A DNA stretch of 63,698 nt, counting the filler, from Chiloscyllium plagiosum (lineage: Eukaryota): NCBI RefSeq assembly GCF_004010195.1. It is 4 parts of one record of this genome, joined end to end, with 100 filler letters (N's around TTAATTAATTAA, not from the genome) between each part and the next. Parts side by side here need not be neighbours in the genome. Positions count along the whole stretch, not along the records: positions 27,359 to 53,911 come from NC_057715.1; positions 54,012 to 61,222 come from NC_057715.1; positions 61,323 to 63,698 come from NC_057715.1; 1 more part is not named here. One strand, written 5' to 3'. Shown piece after piece: positions 49,062 through 61,583 of the stretch. How positions within the stretch are numbered: the stretch's first letter is position 1; each line of letters opens with the position of its first letter. The translations under genes were made by a program, and so were the position numbers. The notes beneath the pieces are model-generated. The model did no database searches. It was not told where the DNA came from and saw only the letters and a list, made by a program, of their open reading frames with translations.

Positions 49062-52000
49062 GGCAACCAAGAGGATAAGCAGCTTTCGTCATCTGTGGGC
49101 TAGAGCCAGTCCACCCTCAGTGACAGTAAATTAACCTGAATTTCGTCAAATCACTGGAAAAATTAGCATTCTGAACAATTATACATTGAATTGAAGTTTC
49201 TGTTTTTGTTAACATAGCAAATTATTTTTAATCATGATTAATAGAAATGATGACTGACACAAATAAACACATTTTGATAGGTAAACAGTTCTAGTTCTGC
49301 TTAGGTGCTGAGTAATAAATATAAACAAGATGATTTACATAGGGAAACTATGGAGTAGGAATTGTCATTATAATGTGTGTCAGTCTCACAAGGAGAAAGA
49401 GGAGGAAAATGGAGGTTGAATTTTTTAATTGTTTTCATTTCTGATGACTTGTTACTAGAACTGGCAAACATTTGGGAACAGATTGCCTACCCTCCATACT
49501 CGTCAGAAAATAACATAGACAGAAACAGAAATAATAACTAGAAACAATCTACACCATATGCATTGTGAATGAAAATTTAGAAAATGAGGAGCTGCAATAA
49601 ATCAAAATAGTGCCTGTTGCAGCTCAGTTAGTAGTGCTCTCACCATTTGGTTAGAAAATTCTAGTCCCACTCCAGAGCCTGACCACAAAAATCAAAGCTG
49701 ATGTTGCAGTGTTATCATGCTATTGGTGTTTTTGGGTTTTTTTTTAGTTGTTTGTTGTAAAGAACCAACCAAGAATAATTGTCACCAGAGGAAACACAGC
49801 TCTTAGGTAACAAAATAAAGTTTATTACATCTTACTAACTATATACTTTATACTTATGGCAACAAGAGAAGTTGATGTCATGACTAACTCCAATTATAAC
49901 TGTTCAGAACCACCCATATCTCTGTAAGAATCCTTTGACTCCTTTAAGGCTCCCTAGTGCTACGCTATGTACAAGAGCATCTTAGAGTATCCTAGAATAA
50001 ACCTTATATATCCATTGCTTTTCTTATTTATTGATTCGTGGGACATGAGTTTCATTGGCTAGGCTGGCATTTATTGTCCATCCCCAATTGCCCAAATGCT
50101 AGTTAAGAGTCAACTGCATTGCTATAGATCTGGAGTTACATGTAGGCCAGACCAGGTAAAGATGGTTAATTGTCTTCCTGAAGGACATTAGTGAACCAAG
50201 TAAGTTTTTTTTCAACAACCAACAGCTGTTACATGATTGTCATTAGGCTAGTGTGTTTTTAAATTCCAAATTTTTATTGAATTCAAATTTCACCATCTAC
50301 TATGGTGGGACTCAAACCCATTTCCTCAGAACATTAGCTTAGGATTTGAATTTCTAGTCCAGTGACATTACCAATACATCACCACCTCCCCATAACTCCA
50401 CATCATACAACAGCTCCTCCATTTTATTTTAATGTAACAGTGGTCAGTGGACAAAATGATAAACTGAGAATCTATCTACCTGCTCTTGTGGATGCAAAAT
50501 ATCCCAAATTGTGATTTGATTTGATTGATTCCTTGGACAAATATGTTGCATTATGAGAAAAGATGGAACTATACTAATTGAAGTTTAAAGGCAATCTTAT
50601 TGAAAAATATAATGTTCTAAGAAGTCTTGACAGGGTAGATGCTGAGAGGATCTTTCTTCCCAATGGGAGCACAATTTCAGATTTACAAGATCTCCCACTT
50701 AAGACTATATTGATTAGCTATACCAATCATCCAATTGTTGTGAAAAATACCACAAAATTGCAGGTCTTTTAAAATTTATTTGTACATGAATATACTATTT
50801 CAAATTACATCTCACTTTCTTAACTATGGGCAATGCACTAAAGCAACTTTATTTATCAAATCAAGTCCAATATAACTCTTCTTCAGTCTGAAGAGGAGTG
50901 AAAATGGACTCCAAATAATAATTCTGTTTCTCTGTCCACAAATGCTGCCAGACATGTTGAGTTTCTCCAGAATGTTCTGTGTTTGTTTCAGATTTTCAGC
51001 GTCTAATGTATTTTCTTTTCATTACAGTTATTGAATGCTGGGTTATGTAACCAAAACAATTAAATATGAATGGACAATAAATATTGGCCTAACCATGGAA
51101 GACATAAATCTCCACAGATTACAATTCATTGGACAAGCTACACTTTAAATATGAATAATTGTAGTTAGCACAACAAATTATAAACAAATCATACATTAAC
51201 AAGAATTTTGAGAAGGGCAGTATGATTCATTTTCAAATGTAGAAAAGTCATGAGTTGAGAGGAAAGTTTAGAGAAGTTTAAACTATAAACTGAAAAAATG
51301 TTGTTAATGCAGAAAAGAAGAGGAATTTCTTCTCTCAGAAGGTAATGGATCTGTGGAATTCTTTACTGCAGAGGGATGTTGAGGCTGGGTCATTAAGTAT
51401 ATTCAAGGCTGAAATAGACAAATTTTTAATCAGTAACAGAAGGGTGATGAGGAATGGGCAGGAAAGTGGAATTGAAGATGATCAGATCAGCCATGATCTC
51501 ATTGAATGTTGGAGCAGAATCGATGGGCAAAATGGTCAACTATTGCTCCACCGTCTTATGGTGTTATGGTAATGGACAAAGCTCACCAAACTTATAAAAG
51601 TCAGATATAAAGAAAGGTCTAGAGAATGTAAATAGGAATACCTTTCACCAATGTACTCGGAATTAGTGAAAGTAGATTTGAAACGGATATTGAGGAAATT
51701 GTCTACTTAACCGTTCATAAATGCTACGAATAATTTGCCAAGAGACTTTTTCTTTCTATTCATTCATGGAATGTGGATGTCATGGCTATTTTGTGTATAT
51801 TAATTTATTTATTGTCTAAATAATCATTATTGACCACCTCTCATTGCCCAGAGAACAGTTCAGAGCCAACCACATTGTTGTAGGTGTGTAGTCACATGCA
51901 GGCTATTTGTGGATATTAGTGAATCAGATGGGTTTTCTTTATGGCAATTGACAGTAGTTACATTGTTGACATTAGACTACCTTTCTATTCCAGTTTTTAA

Positions 52001-52219
52001 AAAATTAAATTAAAATGTTCCCATCTACCATGGGAGGATTCAAGCCCATGTCCTGAGAATATGAACCTGGGTTCTGGAATACTAGTCCAATGACTACAAT
52101 GCCATGTCTCCCTAAGATAAAGAAACTCACAAGACAATTATTTGCTTTAATTGGGAAGCTGTGGTATTCCGGGTGCATTTCACCGGGCTGACTGATTATT
52201 ATTTCCTTGTCATTTCATA

Positions 52220-53560
52220 ACATAGATTCATAGTAATACAACAGACCAACAGGCCCTTCATTCCAACATTTGTATAGCATTTTAAGTGCTCATCTGAATG
52301 CTTTTATGGTGTTGTGTAAGTACTTGTCTCCGCCACCCTCTCAGGCAGCACTTTCCATATTCCTACCACTCTCTAAATAAAAAAAAATTCTCAGATCTTC
52401 TTTAAATCATTTGCTCCTCACTTTAAACATATGTTTTCTGGTCTTAGACACATCTGCCATGGGGAAGAGTTTTCTACAATCTACTTTGTCTATGCCTCTC
52501 ATACTTTGTACACCTCAATCAAATCCCCTCAGTTTCCTCTGCTCCAAGGAAAACAAACTCAGCCTATCCAGTTTTTCCTCATAACCGAGACTTTTCATCT
52601 CATGCAACATTCTAGTGAATTTCCTCTGCACCCTCTCTAGTGAATCACGTCCTTCAGTTAGTTTGGGGACCAGAACTGTACACAGTATTCCACCTGTGGC
52701 CTAACCAATGTTTTATAAAGTTGTAACAGATTTCCTATATTCTATGCCCTAGCTAATGAAAAGAAGCATCCCTTTATATTTTCTTCACCATGCTGTCTAC
52801 CTGTGTTGGCACCTTCAGGAATATAGACTTGTAAACCAAGGCCCCTTTGTTCGTCAGTACTCCCTAGTGACCGACCATTCATTAGACCATAAGACATAGG
52901 AGTGGAAGTAAGGCCAGTTGGCCCATCATGTCCTTTCTGCCATTCAATCATGGCTGATGGGCATTTCAACTCCACGTAGAGTTATAAAGTCATAGAGATG
53001 TACAGCATGGAAACAGAGCCTTTGGTCCAACCCTACTCTCCCCGTATCCCTTAATTCCTTGCAAGATTAAGAATTTATCAATCTCTGCCTGAAAGACATT
53101 TAATGTCCCACCCTCCACTGGTCTCCGTGGCAATGAATTCCACAGGCCCACCACTCTCTGGCTGAAGAAATGTCTCGTCTTTTCTGTTCTAAATTGACCC
53201 CTTTTAGTTCTAAGGCTGTGCTCATGGGTCCTAGTCTCCCTGCCTAACGGAAACAAATTCCCAGCATCCATCCTTTCTAAGCCATGCATTATCTTGAATG
53301 TTTCTGTTAGATGTCCCCCCAACCTTCTAAAGATGAATGAATACAATCCCAGGATCCTCAGCGGTTCATCATACATTAGGCCTACCATTCTAGGGATCAT
53401 ACGTGTAAATCTCCAATGGATATGCTCCAGTGCAAGTATGTCCTTCCTGAGATGTGGAGCCCAAAACTGGACACGGTATTCTAATTGGGCTTATCCAGAG
53501 CTTTATAAAGTCTCAGTAGCACATCGCTGCTTTTACATTCCAACCCTCTTGAGATAAGTG
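52220..53560 (-). mobile_element. Nested CR1 3' fragments
   Basis: RMVGLMYDEPLRILGLYS...FFSQRVVGLWNSLP, with several CR1-type tails (CATAAGACATAG, CATAGAGATGTACAGC). Confidence 0.8.
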
Positions 53561-53569
53561 CAACAGCCC

Positions 53570-53911
53570 ACCCAGAGAAACCAGTAAGAATAATAGGGTA
53601 GTTGTAAGAATAATAGGGTGGTTATGGTCGGGGATTTTAACTTTCCAAACATTGACTGGGACTGCCATAGTGTTAAAGGTTTAGATGGAGAGGAATGTCT
53701 TAAGTGCATACAAGACAATTTTTGGATTCAGTATGTGGATGTACCTACTAGAGAAGGTGCAAAACTTGACCTACTTTTGGGAAATAAGGCAGGGCAGGTG
53801 ACTGAGGTGTCAGTGGGGGAGCACTTTGGGGCCAGCGACCATAATTCTATTCATTTTAAAATAGTCATGGAAGAGGATAAACCAGATCTAAAAGTTGAAG
53901 TTCTAAATTGG
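53570..53911 (+). mobile_element. CR1 endonuclease fragment
   Basis: VMVGDFNFPNIDW, PTREGAKLDLLL, ASDHNSI. Confidence 0.9.
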
Positions 53912-54011
53912 NNNNNNNNNNNNNNNNNNNNNNNNNNNNNNNNNNNNNNNNNNNNTTAATTAATTAANNNNNNNNNNNNNNNNNNNNNNNNNNNNNNNNN
54001 NNNNNNNNNNN

Positions 54012-55870
54012 TGTTGAAGTTGCGCGGGTATCCGTTTTTGGTGAATACCTTGTATAGGTGTTCCTCTTCTTTTTTTTTTGCAGTTCTGGTGTACTGCAGT
54101 GTGTTGTGGCCCTTTTGAATAGTGTCCTGATGCAGCTTCGTTTGTGTGTGTTGGGGTGGTTACTTTCATAGTTTAGGACTTGGTCTGTGTGTGTGGCTTT
54201 CCTGTATACTCTTGTAGTGAATTCTCCGTTCGGTGTTCTCTGTACCATCACGTCTAGGAATGGGAGTTGGCTATTTTTTTCTTATTCTTCTCGTGAATCG
54301 GATTCCTGTGAGTGTGGCGTTGATGATCCGGTGTGTTTTTTCTATTTCCGTGTTTTTAATGATTACAAACGTGTCATCGACATATCTGACCCAGAGTTTG
54401 GGTTGATGGAATCTACAAAAAAACGGACAGATAACCAGAGCTGACCTACAAAGAATGAAACCGGAAAGCAACAACACCCCCAGACTCTATGGATTACCTA
54501 AAGTAGACAAACCAGACATCCCACTCAGACCCATTGTATCACTACTAGGGACACCATCATACAAACTGGCCAAAGAACTACAACAGAAACTGAAACACCT
54601 GGTCAGCGGATCCAAACACTCTATACAATCAACACAGGAATTCTTGGACATCATCAGAAATATACACATAGACAAGGAAGAAACCATGATATCATTCGAA
54701 GTGACGGCACTATTCACTTCGATTGACAAAACCCTAGCCAGAGAAACAATAGCCAACCTACTGGACATACAGAACAGAAAACAGGACGCTGAACCTATCA
54801 ACAAAGACGGCATACTTAAACTACTGCACGTGTGCCTCACAACACACTTCACATTCAACAACCAGATATACGAACAAATCAACGGAACATCCATGGGCTC
54901 ACCCATCTCGGGACTCATAGCAGAGGCAGTTATGCACAGGTTAGAACAAACAGTCCTACCACAAATTCAACCCAAACTCTGGATCAGATATGTCGATGAC
55001 ACGTTTGTAATCATTAAAAACACAGAAATAGAGAAAACACACCGGATCATCAACGGCACACTCACAGGAATCCGATTCACGAGAGAAGAAGAAAAGGATA
55101 GCCAACTCCCATTCCTAGACGTGATGGTACAGAGAACACTGAACGGAGAATTCACTACAAGGGTATACAGGAAAGCCCCACACACAGACCGTCCTAAACT
55201 ATGAAAGTAACCACCCCAACACACACAAACGAAGCTGCATCAGGACACTATTCAAAAGGGCCACAACACACTGCAGTACACCAGAACTGCAAAAAGAAGA
55301 AGAGGAACACCTATACAAGGTATTCGCCAAAAACGGATACCCGCGCAACTTCATCAACAGATGCCTAAGAGAAAGACCACGGAACGAGGACATACCACAA
55401 CCAAAAGGATTAGCCACACTACCATACATCAGGAGCATCTCACAACTGACTGCCAGACTACTGCGACCCCTACGACTCATAATGGCACACAAACCAACAG
55501 CCACGCTCAGACAAAACTCACCTGAACGAAGGACCCGATACCCAACATGAGCAAAACAAATTTAGTTCAATATAAATAATAATGAAACTTTTCGTGAGAT
55601 ACCTATTATCCACAAACTCCATCAACAAACACATCGACCTGGACCCAATATACCAACCACTACAGTGGACAGCTGAAACTGACAACCGGAAGCGGCAGGG
55701 ACAGACCACTATAAACACCGGAGGAAACATCAAAGAAGCGCTTTGCAGGAGGCTCCCAAGCACTGATGATGTCGCCTAGCCAGGGGACGAAACGTTTGCA
55801 ACAAAAACTTCCAGCTCGGCGAACAGAACCACAACAGCGAGCACCCGAGCTACAAATCTTTGCACAATCT
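54012..55870 (+). mobile_element. Penelope-like element: RT (54455-55204) with upstream inverted partial copy (54012-54410), internally deleted GIY-YIG, hammerhead tail
   Basis: PRLYGLPKVDKPDIPLRPIVS, ALFTSI, GTSMGSPISGLIAE, WIRYVDDTF, LPFLDV, VYRK.THTD. The minus-strand duplicate covers the same region. Confidence 0.93.
55760..55799 (+). ncRNA. Minimal type I hammerhead ribozyme (PLE family B)
   Basis: GCA-CUGAUGA-U-[GUCgCCU agcc AGGgGAC]-GAAA-CG-UU-UGC: stem I GCA/UGC, palindromic stem III ACGU, predicted cleavage after GUU. Confidence 0.75.
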
Positions 55871-56661
55871 TTCAGGAATGTTATCAGAAGTGAGCCATCT
55901 TTAGGTGATAATAAGGCAATGGTGTTAGCTTGAAGAAAAAGATTGACTTTGACTTTGAAGAAAATTTGAGTAAGGGATGGATTTCTGGAACTCTGAATCT
56001 AAGCATCTAAAGAAGTCCAAAAATACTCTTACAATCAAAATCAGGATAACACAAGGATAACACAGATAATAATAGAGGAGCATGAATAACTTGCATTGCT
56101 GTGGAGAGATAGGAAAAAGACAAGAGCTTGGAGGCTTTGAAAGCTTGAAATCAAGATCTTATTTAATCAGGAGTCAGTGTAAGTCAATAGGATTGGGTGA
56201 ACTGGACTTAGTGCAAGTCAAGACAAGGATAGTGGAATTTTTGATTTGATTTATTACTTCACACATCGAAATACAGTGAAGGGTATTGTTTTGCGTTGTA
56301 GTTTTTATATAAGTGGATTAGCGTAATAGAACAGAATGCAGAGTATCGTGTTACAATTGCAGAGAAGGTGTTGGGAATGATCAACTCTAAAATATGAGAG
56401 GTCTGCTCTGAAGTCTTACAACAGCAGGGAAGAAGCTGTTCTAAATCTGTTGATATGTGTTTTCAAACTTCTGTTATCTTCTGCGTGGTGGAAGAGAGAA
56501 CAACTGGCTGGGAATGATCTTTGATTATATTGGCTGCTTTCTCAGTGCAGTGAGAATGACAGAATCAGTGAAGGAGGTTTGTTTGCATGGAGGACTGGGC
56601 AGTGTTCACAACTCTAATTTCTTGCAATCTTAGGTAGAGTTGTTAATGCTTGGGATAAAAG

Positions 56662-57176
56662 TTTAAAAATCTCACAACACCAGGTTATACTCCCAACAGA
56701 TTTATTTGGAAGCACTCAAAAACTGCATGAATCCATGTAAGATTCTATAAGTCTCTTAGTTAGAAATAGAATCAGTCTGAACATTGGGGCACAGACAGTC
56801 TCGCACAGGGCACCTCTCGCCTTCAATGCATTATCTGAGATGAGATGGCACCTATTGTTAAAGTTCATTTGAGAATGTAACTTTTTAAAAAAAAATGTTC
56901 TGGGATTTACATTTGAAAGAACTGAAACCAACATGGTCATTCTAAAAGATGAGAGACTTAGCAAACAATCCATGCCTTTTTCAATATATCAGTTAAGTTG
57001 CATCACACTGTAACTTTTGCTGGAAATTCTGTGTCTTGCGAACTTACTCCACAACCACCTGATGAAGGAGCAGCGCTCCGAAAGCTAGTGCATCCAAATG
57101 AACCTGTTGGACTATAACCTGGTGTTATGATTTTTAAACTTTGTACACCCCAATCCAGCAACGGCACCTCCAAATC
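56662..57176 (+). mobile_element. PLE family A 3' UTR with short inverted end
   Basis: 56662-56715 is the inverse of the tail at ~57087-57140. Flanks ATGCTTGGGATAAAA and ATGCTTGCCATAGAA. Confidence 0.8.
57056..57090 (+). ncRNA. Minimal type I hammerhead ribozyme (PLE family A)
   Basis: CAC-CUGAUGA-A-[GGAGC agc GCUCC]-GAAA-GC-UA-GUG: stem I CAC/GUG, palindromic stem III AGCU, predicted cleavage after CUA. Confidence 0.8.
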
Positions 57177-58269
57177 ATGCTTGCCATAGAACGCTTTCTG
57201 TGCCACATCTATAAAAATTGGCTAGAGTCAGAAGTAGAAGTGTTGGTGTGCTTCCTACTCGGAACCTGAAGCCCTTGGCCATCTCCCTCAGCACCATTGA
57301 TACAGAGAGGGGCGTAACCTCCACTCCACTTCCTGAAGTCAATGACCAGCTCCTTCATTTTGTTGACGTTGAGGGAGGGATTGTTGTGTTTACACCATGC
57401 TATTAAGCGCTCTATCTCTTCTCATCATTGTTTAAGATTCAACCCATTCCAGTGGTGTTATTAGCAAACTTGCAAGTGGAGTTAGAACAGAATTTGGCCA
57501 TGCAGTCAAGAGTATGTAACGACTATAGTAACGGACTGAGTGCACAGCCTTGTAGGGCACCAGTATTTAGAATTATCGAGGTGGATGTTTTATCTATCCT
57601 TACTGATTGCAGTCTGGAGGTTAGGAATTCTAGGGCCTCTGACTTTGGAGGTGAATTTGATTGGAATTATGGTGTTGAAGGCAGCCTTAGTAAATAGGTG
57701 CCTGATATAGGTGTCCTTGTTATCCAGATGTTTCAGAAATTAGTGTAGGGCCTGGGAGATGGTGTCTACTGTTGGATTTTTATGACAGTAGGCAAATTGT
57801 AGTAGAAATTGTCAGTCTTGGAGGCTGGAGTTGATGTATGCCATTACTAACCACCTGAAACTGGAGTGTAAATAGACAGAAGTCATTGTCCATATTGTCA
57901 CAAATGACATAGGTATAATGACTTGGTCCTGCATTGACAATGAAGGGGAGGCAATGGCCTAGTGATATTATTGCTGGACTGTTAATTCAGAGACACCAGT
58001 CATATTCTGGGGACCCATGTTCGAATTCTGCCATAGCAGATAGTAGAATTTGAATTTGGGAAATAGACTTAAGAATCTAAATGATGATCATGAATTGATT
58101 GTCCATTGTCAGAAAAGCCCACCTGGTTCACTTATGCCCTTCAGATAAGGAAACTACTATCCTTACCTGGTCTGGACTACATATGACTCCAGACTCTTAA
58201 CTGCCCTCTGGGAAAATAGGGATTGCACTAAATGCTGGCCTAGTGAACAATTCCATTCATGAATTTTTT

Positions 58270-59120
58270 AAAAATTTAGGGCGTTGGTTAGTAAATTTAA
58301 AAGCAGGACCTTTCAGGGTAGTAATCTCAGGATTATTCTCTTGGTTACATGCTACTGAGGCTAGGAACGGAGACATAGTACAATTGAATATATGGCTATA
58401 GAGGTGGAGTGGGGGAAGGGCTTCTGACATGTGGATCATTGGGATGTTTTCCACGGAATGTGGGACCTGTGCAAGAAGGGTGTGTTACCTGAATGGAGGG
58501 ATGCCAACATCCTGACAGGGAGGCTTGATAGTGCCATACTGTTGGGTTTAAACTAGTGTGGCAAAGGCGTGCGAAGCAGATCACTAAATATAGAGACTGG
58601 GGAATAGCTTGAGACTAAGGCAAACAAAGCTAAGAGGAAGAGCAGTCAAGGAGTGGGGTTACTGAGTTCAGTGGAACTGGAGGCTTGGCCTACATTTACT
58701 TGGGTGCACAAAGTATAATAGGTGCAATGGATGAACGTAAAGCCTGGATTAATGCATGCAGTTAAGATGTTGCTGTCACAGAGACATGGTTGAAAGAAGG
58801 ACTGGATTGGCAGCTCTACCATCCACGATATTAATGTTTTAGATGATTCAAAGGAGGAAGCAAAAGAGGTGGGAGTTGCATTACTAGCATTACTAGGGGG
58901 CTTATCGCAGCTATGTTGAGAGGGTACACCCTGAAGGGACCTTGCAGTGAGGCATGATGGATAGAGCTCAGAAGTAGTACAATGTTGAGACTACTACTGA
59001 CCTAGCTGTCAGCAGGACATAGATGAAGACATATCTGGTCAGATTCTGGAAAGACATGAAAGTAACAGGGTTGTGGAGGCGATTTTAACTTCCCCCATAT
59101 TGACTGGAACTCCCTTTTGT
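58270..59120 (+). mobile_element. Old CR1 ORF1-end and endonuclease fragment
   Basis: GGGTTTAAACTAG ORF1 end, VTETWL, GGGVAL-like and GDFNFPHIDW motifs. Confidence 0.7.
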
Positions 59121-60949
59121 GTCCGATTACAAAATTGGAACAGTAGCCAAACCATGGACAGCAAGGGAAATTGAGGAGAGTACTTGATCCAAGGAATGGG
59201 CATAGAAATTCGCCAAAGACACTAGCAGACCAGAGGACTGGGAGTAGTTAGATTTTAGCAAAGGATGACAAAGGAATTGGTTAGAATCATAGGAAGTACA
59301 GGGAGGTAAAGGCCATTCAGCCCTATGTATCTGCTCTGCCTAGTGTGTCACAAGTCTGTTACTGTAATAAATGAAACTAAATGTGATATTTGAGCAGTCA
59401 ACTCATCTGAAAAATGGGGGTGTGGCATGGAATTGTTTGTCACATTGAAGTGTGTTGTTACTGAAAAGTTTGGGAACCACTGTGTTAGACCATAACTTTC
59501 CATTAAACTTGATGGAAATTATAAGTTTCAAGGAGGAAGTAATGTGGAGATGGGAAGAGGTGTAGGGAGGAAATGCTAGAGTTTGAAGTTTAGCTGACTG
59601 AAGGCATGCCCACCTCTGGTGGAACAACTATAATTGGAAATGCACAAGAGGTCATAATTACAGGAACACATATCTTAAAGGGTTGGAGGCGATAACATAG
59701 GTGGGGATGAGTAAGGTTGTAGAGGGTTTTCAAATCAAGGATGAAAACTTTAAGATCAAGGTATGAGCTGACTGGGAGGGAAGGTAATTTCGAGACCATA
59801 TAGGTAAAAGCAAATGGGACTTAGTGTGAGCCACGACACTGGTAGATGACCTCAATTTTATTGAGGGTAGAATGTGGGAGAGCAGCCAGGAGTATGTTGG
59901 AATACAGAAAACAAAGACATGAATGAGGGTTTCAGCAGCAAATGAGGCAAAGTCTGTCAATGTCAGGAAGATAGAAACAGTCTTATTGTTGATGCACCTC
60001 TGACATCAAATATATAATGTTCTTAGAAAATGTCAACCCTTTTAAAATCCTTTTAAAATTAGGAATAGACCTGAGTGGTCAGCCTTTACCTACCAGGTGC
60101 GCGAATTGGTAGGAAGTAGATGAGTTAATTAGAATTATTCTTTTCACTCCTGTTCAGGCATTTGTTTTGCTTAGTTTGTAAGAGAAATGGCATTTAAAGT
60201 TGATTACTTTTCATCAGAAACCTATTTCTCCCGATAGGTGCTTTCTGACCTGCAGGGTTTTCCCACATTTTCATTTTTGTTTCAAATTTCCAGCATCCAT
60301 GTAATTTTGTATTAGTGTGTGATAAACAAACTTTTTTTTACTACTTTTAGTTGACATTATTTTCTCCAAAACACCCTATTAAAATGATGTGTCTAAAGGT
60401 TTTATTTTTGCATAATTATCCCAATTTCAAAATTGTAGTGTAGCTGGGCTGACTAGTTTTGTTGGGATTGAATTTATTTTTTTCTGAAATGTTTTCTATT
60501 TTCAATAACCAAGAGCTTTTTTGTGAAAAACACAATACATTTAACTCTTTAAGGTAAATATCCTTTCAAGTGCTTGAAATATTAACTCGCGTTGGTTTAT
60601 TTCATCAGTTCCATTTCCAGGTCGAAAAAATGTTGAAACTTTCACAAGTTCAGTCCTTCACATGTTCCCTGGCCAACATCTCTTGTCTCTGGCTTGCTGC
60701 AATGCTCCAGTGAAGTTCAGTGCAAGATGGAAGAACAGCACCTCATTTTCCACTTTCAGGACTCTGAGTTCAATAATTTTAGGGCTTGAAAGTCTTCTCC
60801 TATGTCCTTAACCCAACCACCATACACCTGGCCTTGTCATCACATGGGTTGCTACCGCAGCCAACCCATTGTCAGTTATTAATGGTCACCATTAGCTGCT
60901 GTTGATTCTCTCAGGTTGATCATTACCTATTTTTCTGTCTGCCCACTGT

Positions 60950-61222
60950 TTAGAACACAACAGTACAGCATAGTATAGGCCTTTGGCCCTCGCTGTTGTG
61001 CCAACCTTTTATCCTACTCTCTGGTAAAATAGGCTCTGTAGCCTTCATTTTGCTATCATTGATGTGCCTATCCAAAAGTCGCTTAAATATCCTTAATGTG
61101 TCCAACTCTACTATCACTGCTGGCAGTGCATTCCATGCACCCACCACTTTCTGTGTAAAGTACGAACTTCTGACATCTCCCTTAAACCTTCCTCCAATCA
61201 CCTTAAAATTACACCCCCTTGT
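60950..61222 (-). mobile_element. CR1 3' end
   Basis: GGRFKGDVRSSYFTQKVVGAWNALP. Confidence 0.85.
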
Positions 61223-61322
61223 NNNNNNNNNNNNNNNNNNNNNNNNNNNNNNNNNNNNNNNNNNNNTTAATTAATTAANNNNNNNNNNNNNNNNNNNNNN
61301 NNNNNNNNNNNNNNNNNNNNNN

Positions 61323-61467
61323 CGATCGAGCCCTCCACTATCACCTGATGAAGGTGCGTCACTCCGAAAGCTAGTGTGCTTCCAATTAAACCTGTTGGAC
61401 TATAACCTGGTGTTGTGTGATTTTTAACTTTGTACACCCCAGTCCAACACCGGCATCTCCAAATCAT
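61323..61467 (+). mobile_element. PLE family A tail with hammerhead core (61342-61376)
   Basis: CACCTGATGAAGGTGCGTCACTCCGAAAGCTAGTG, then GGACTATAACCTGGTGTTGTGTG. Confidence 0.8.
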
Positions 61468-61583
61468 GGAGATCTATGGCACAGTAAAAGACCCTTCGGC
61501 CCATCGAGTCCATGTCAGCTAATAGCAACCACCTCACTATTTTATTTTAATCCAATTTTCACAGCACCTGGCTTTGTACGCTA

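Larger units (their letters stand above)
56240..57850 (-). mobile_element. Rex1/Babar-clade LINE, degenerate, interrupted by a PLE
   Basis: Minus strand 57451-57560 reads GALQGCALSPLL*SLHTLDCMAKFCSNSTCKFANNTT (cf. Rex1 GAPQGCVLSPLLYSLYTHDC..KFADDTT). 3' tail TTCACTGTA...AATAAATCAAATCAA. Confidence 0.7.

Noticed and set aside
47247..49134. Plus-strand ORFs antisense to AMER2
   Set aside because: They are short shadow ORFs of the coding strand with no recognisable motifs.
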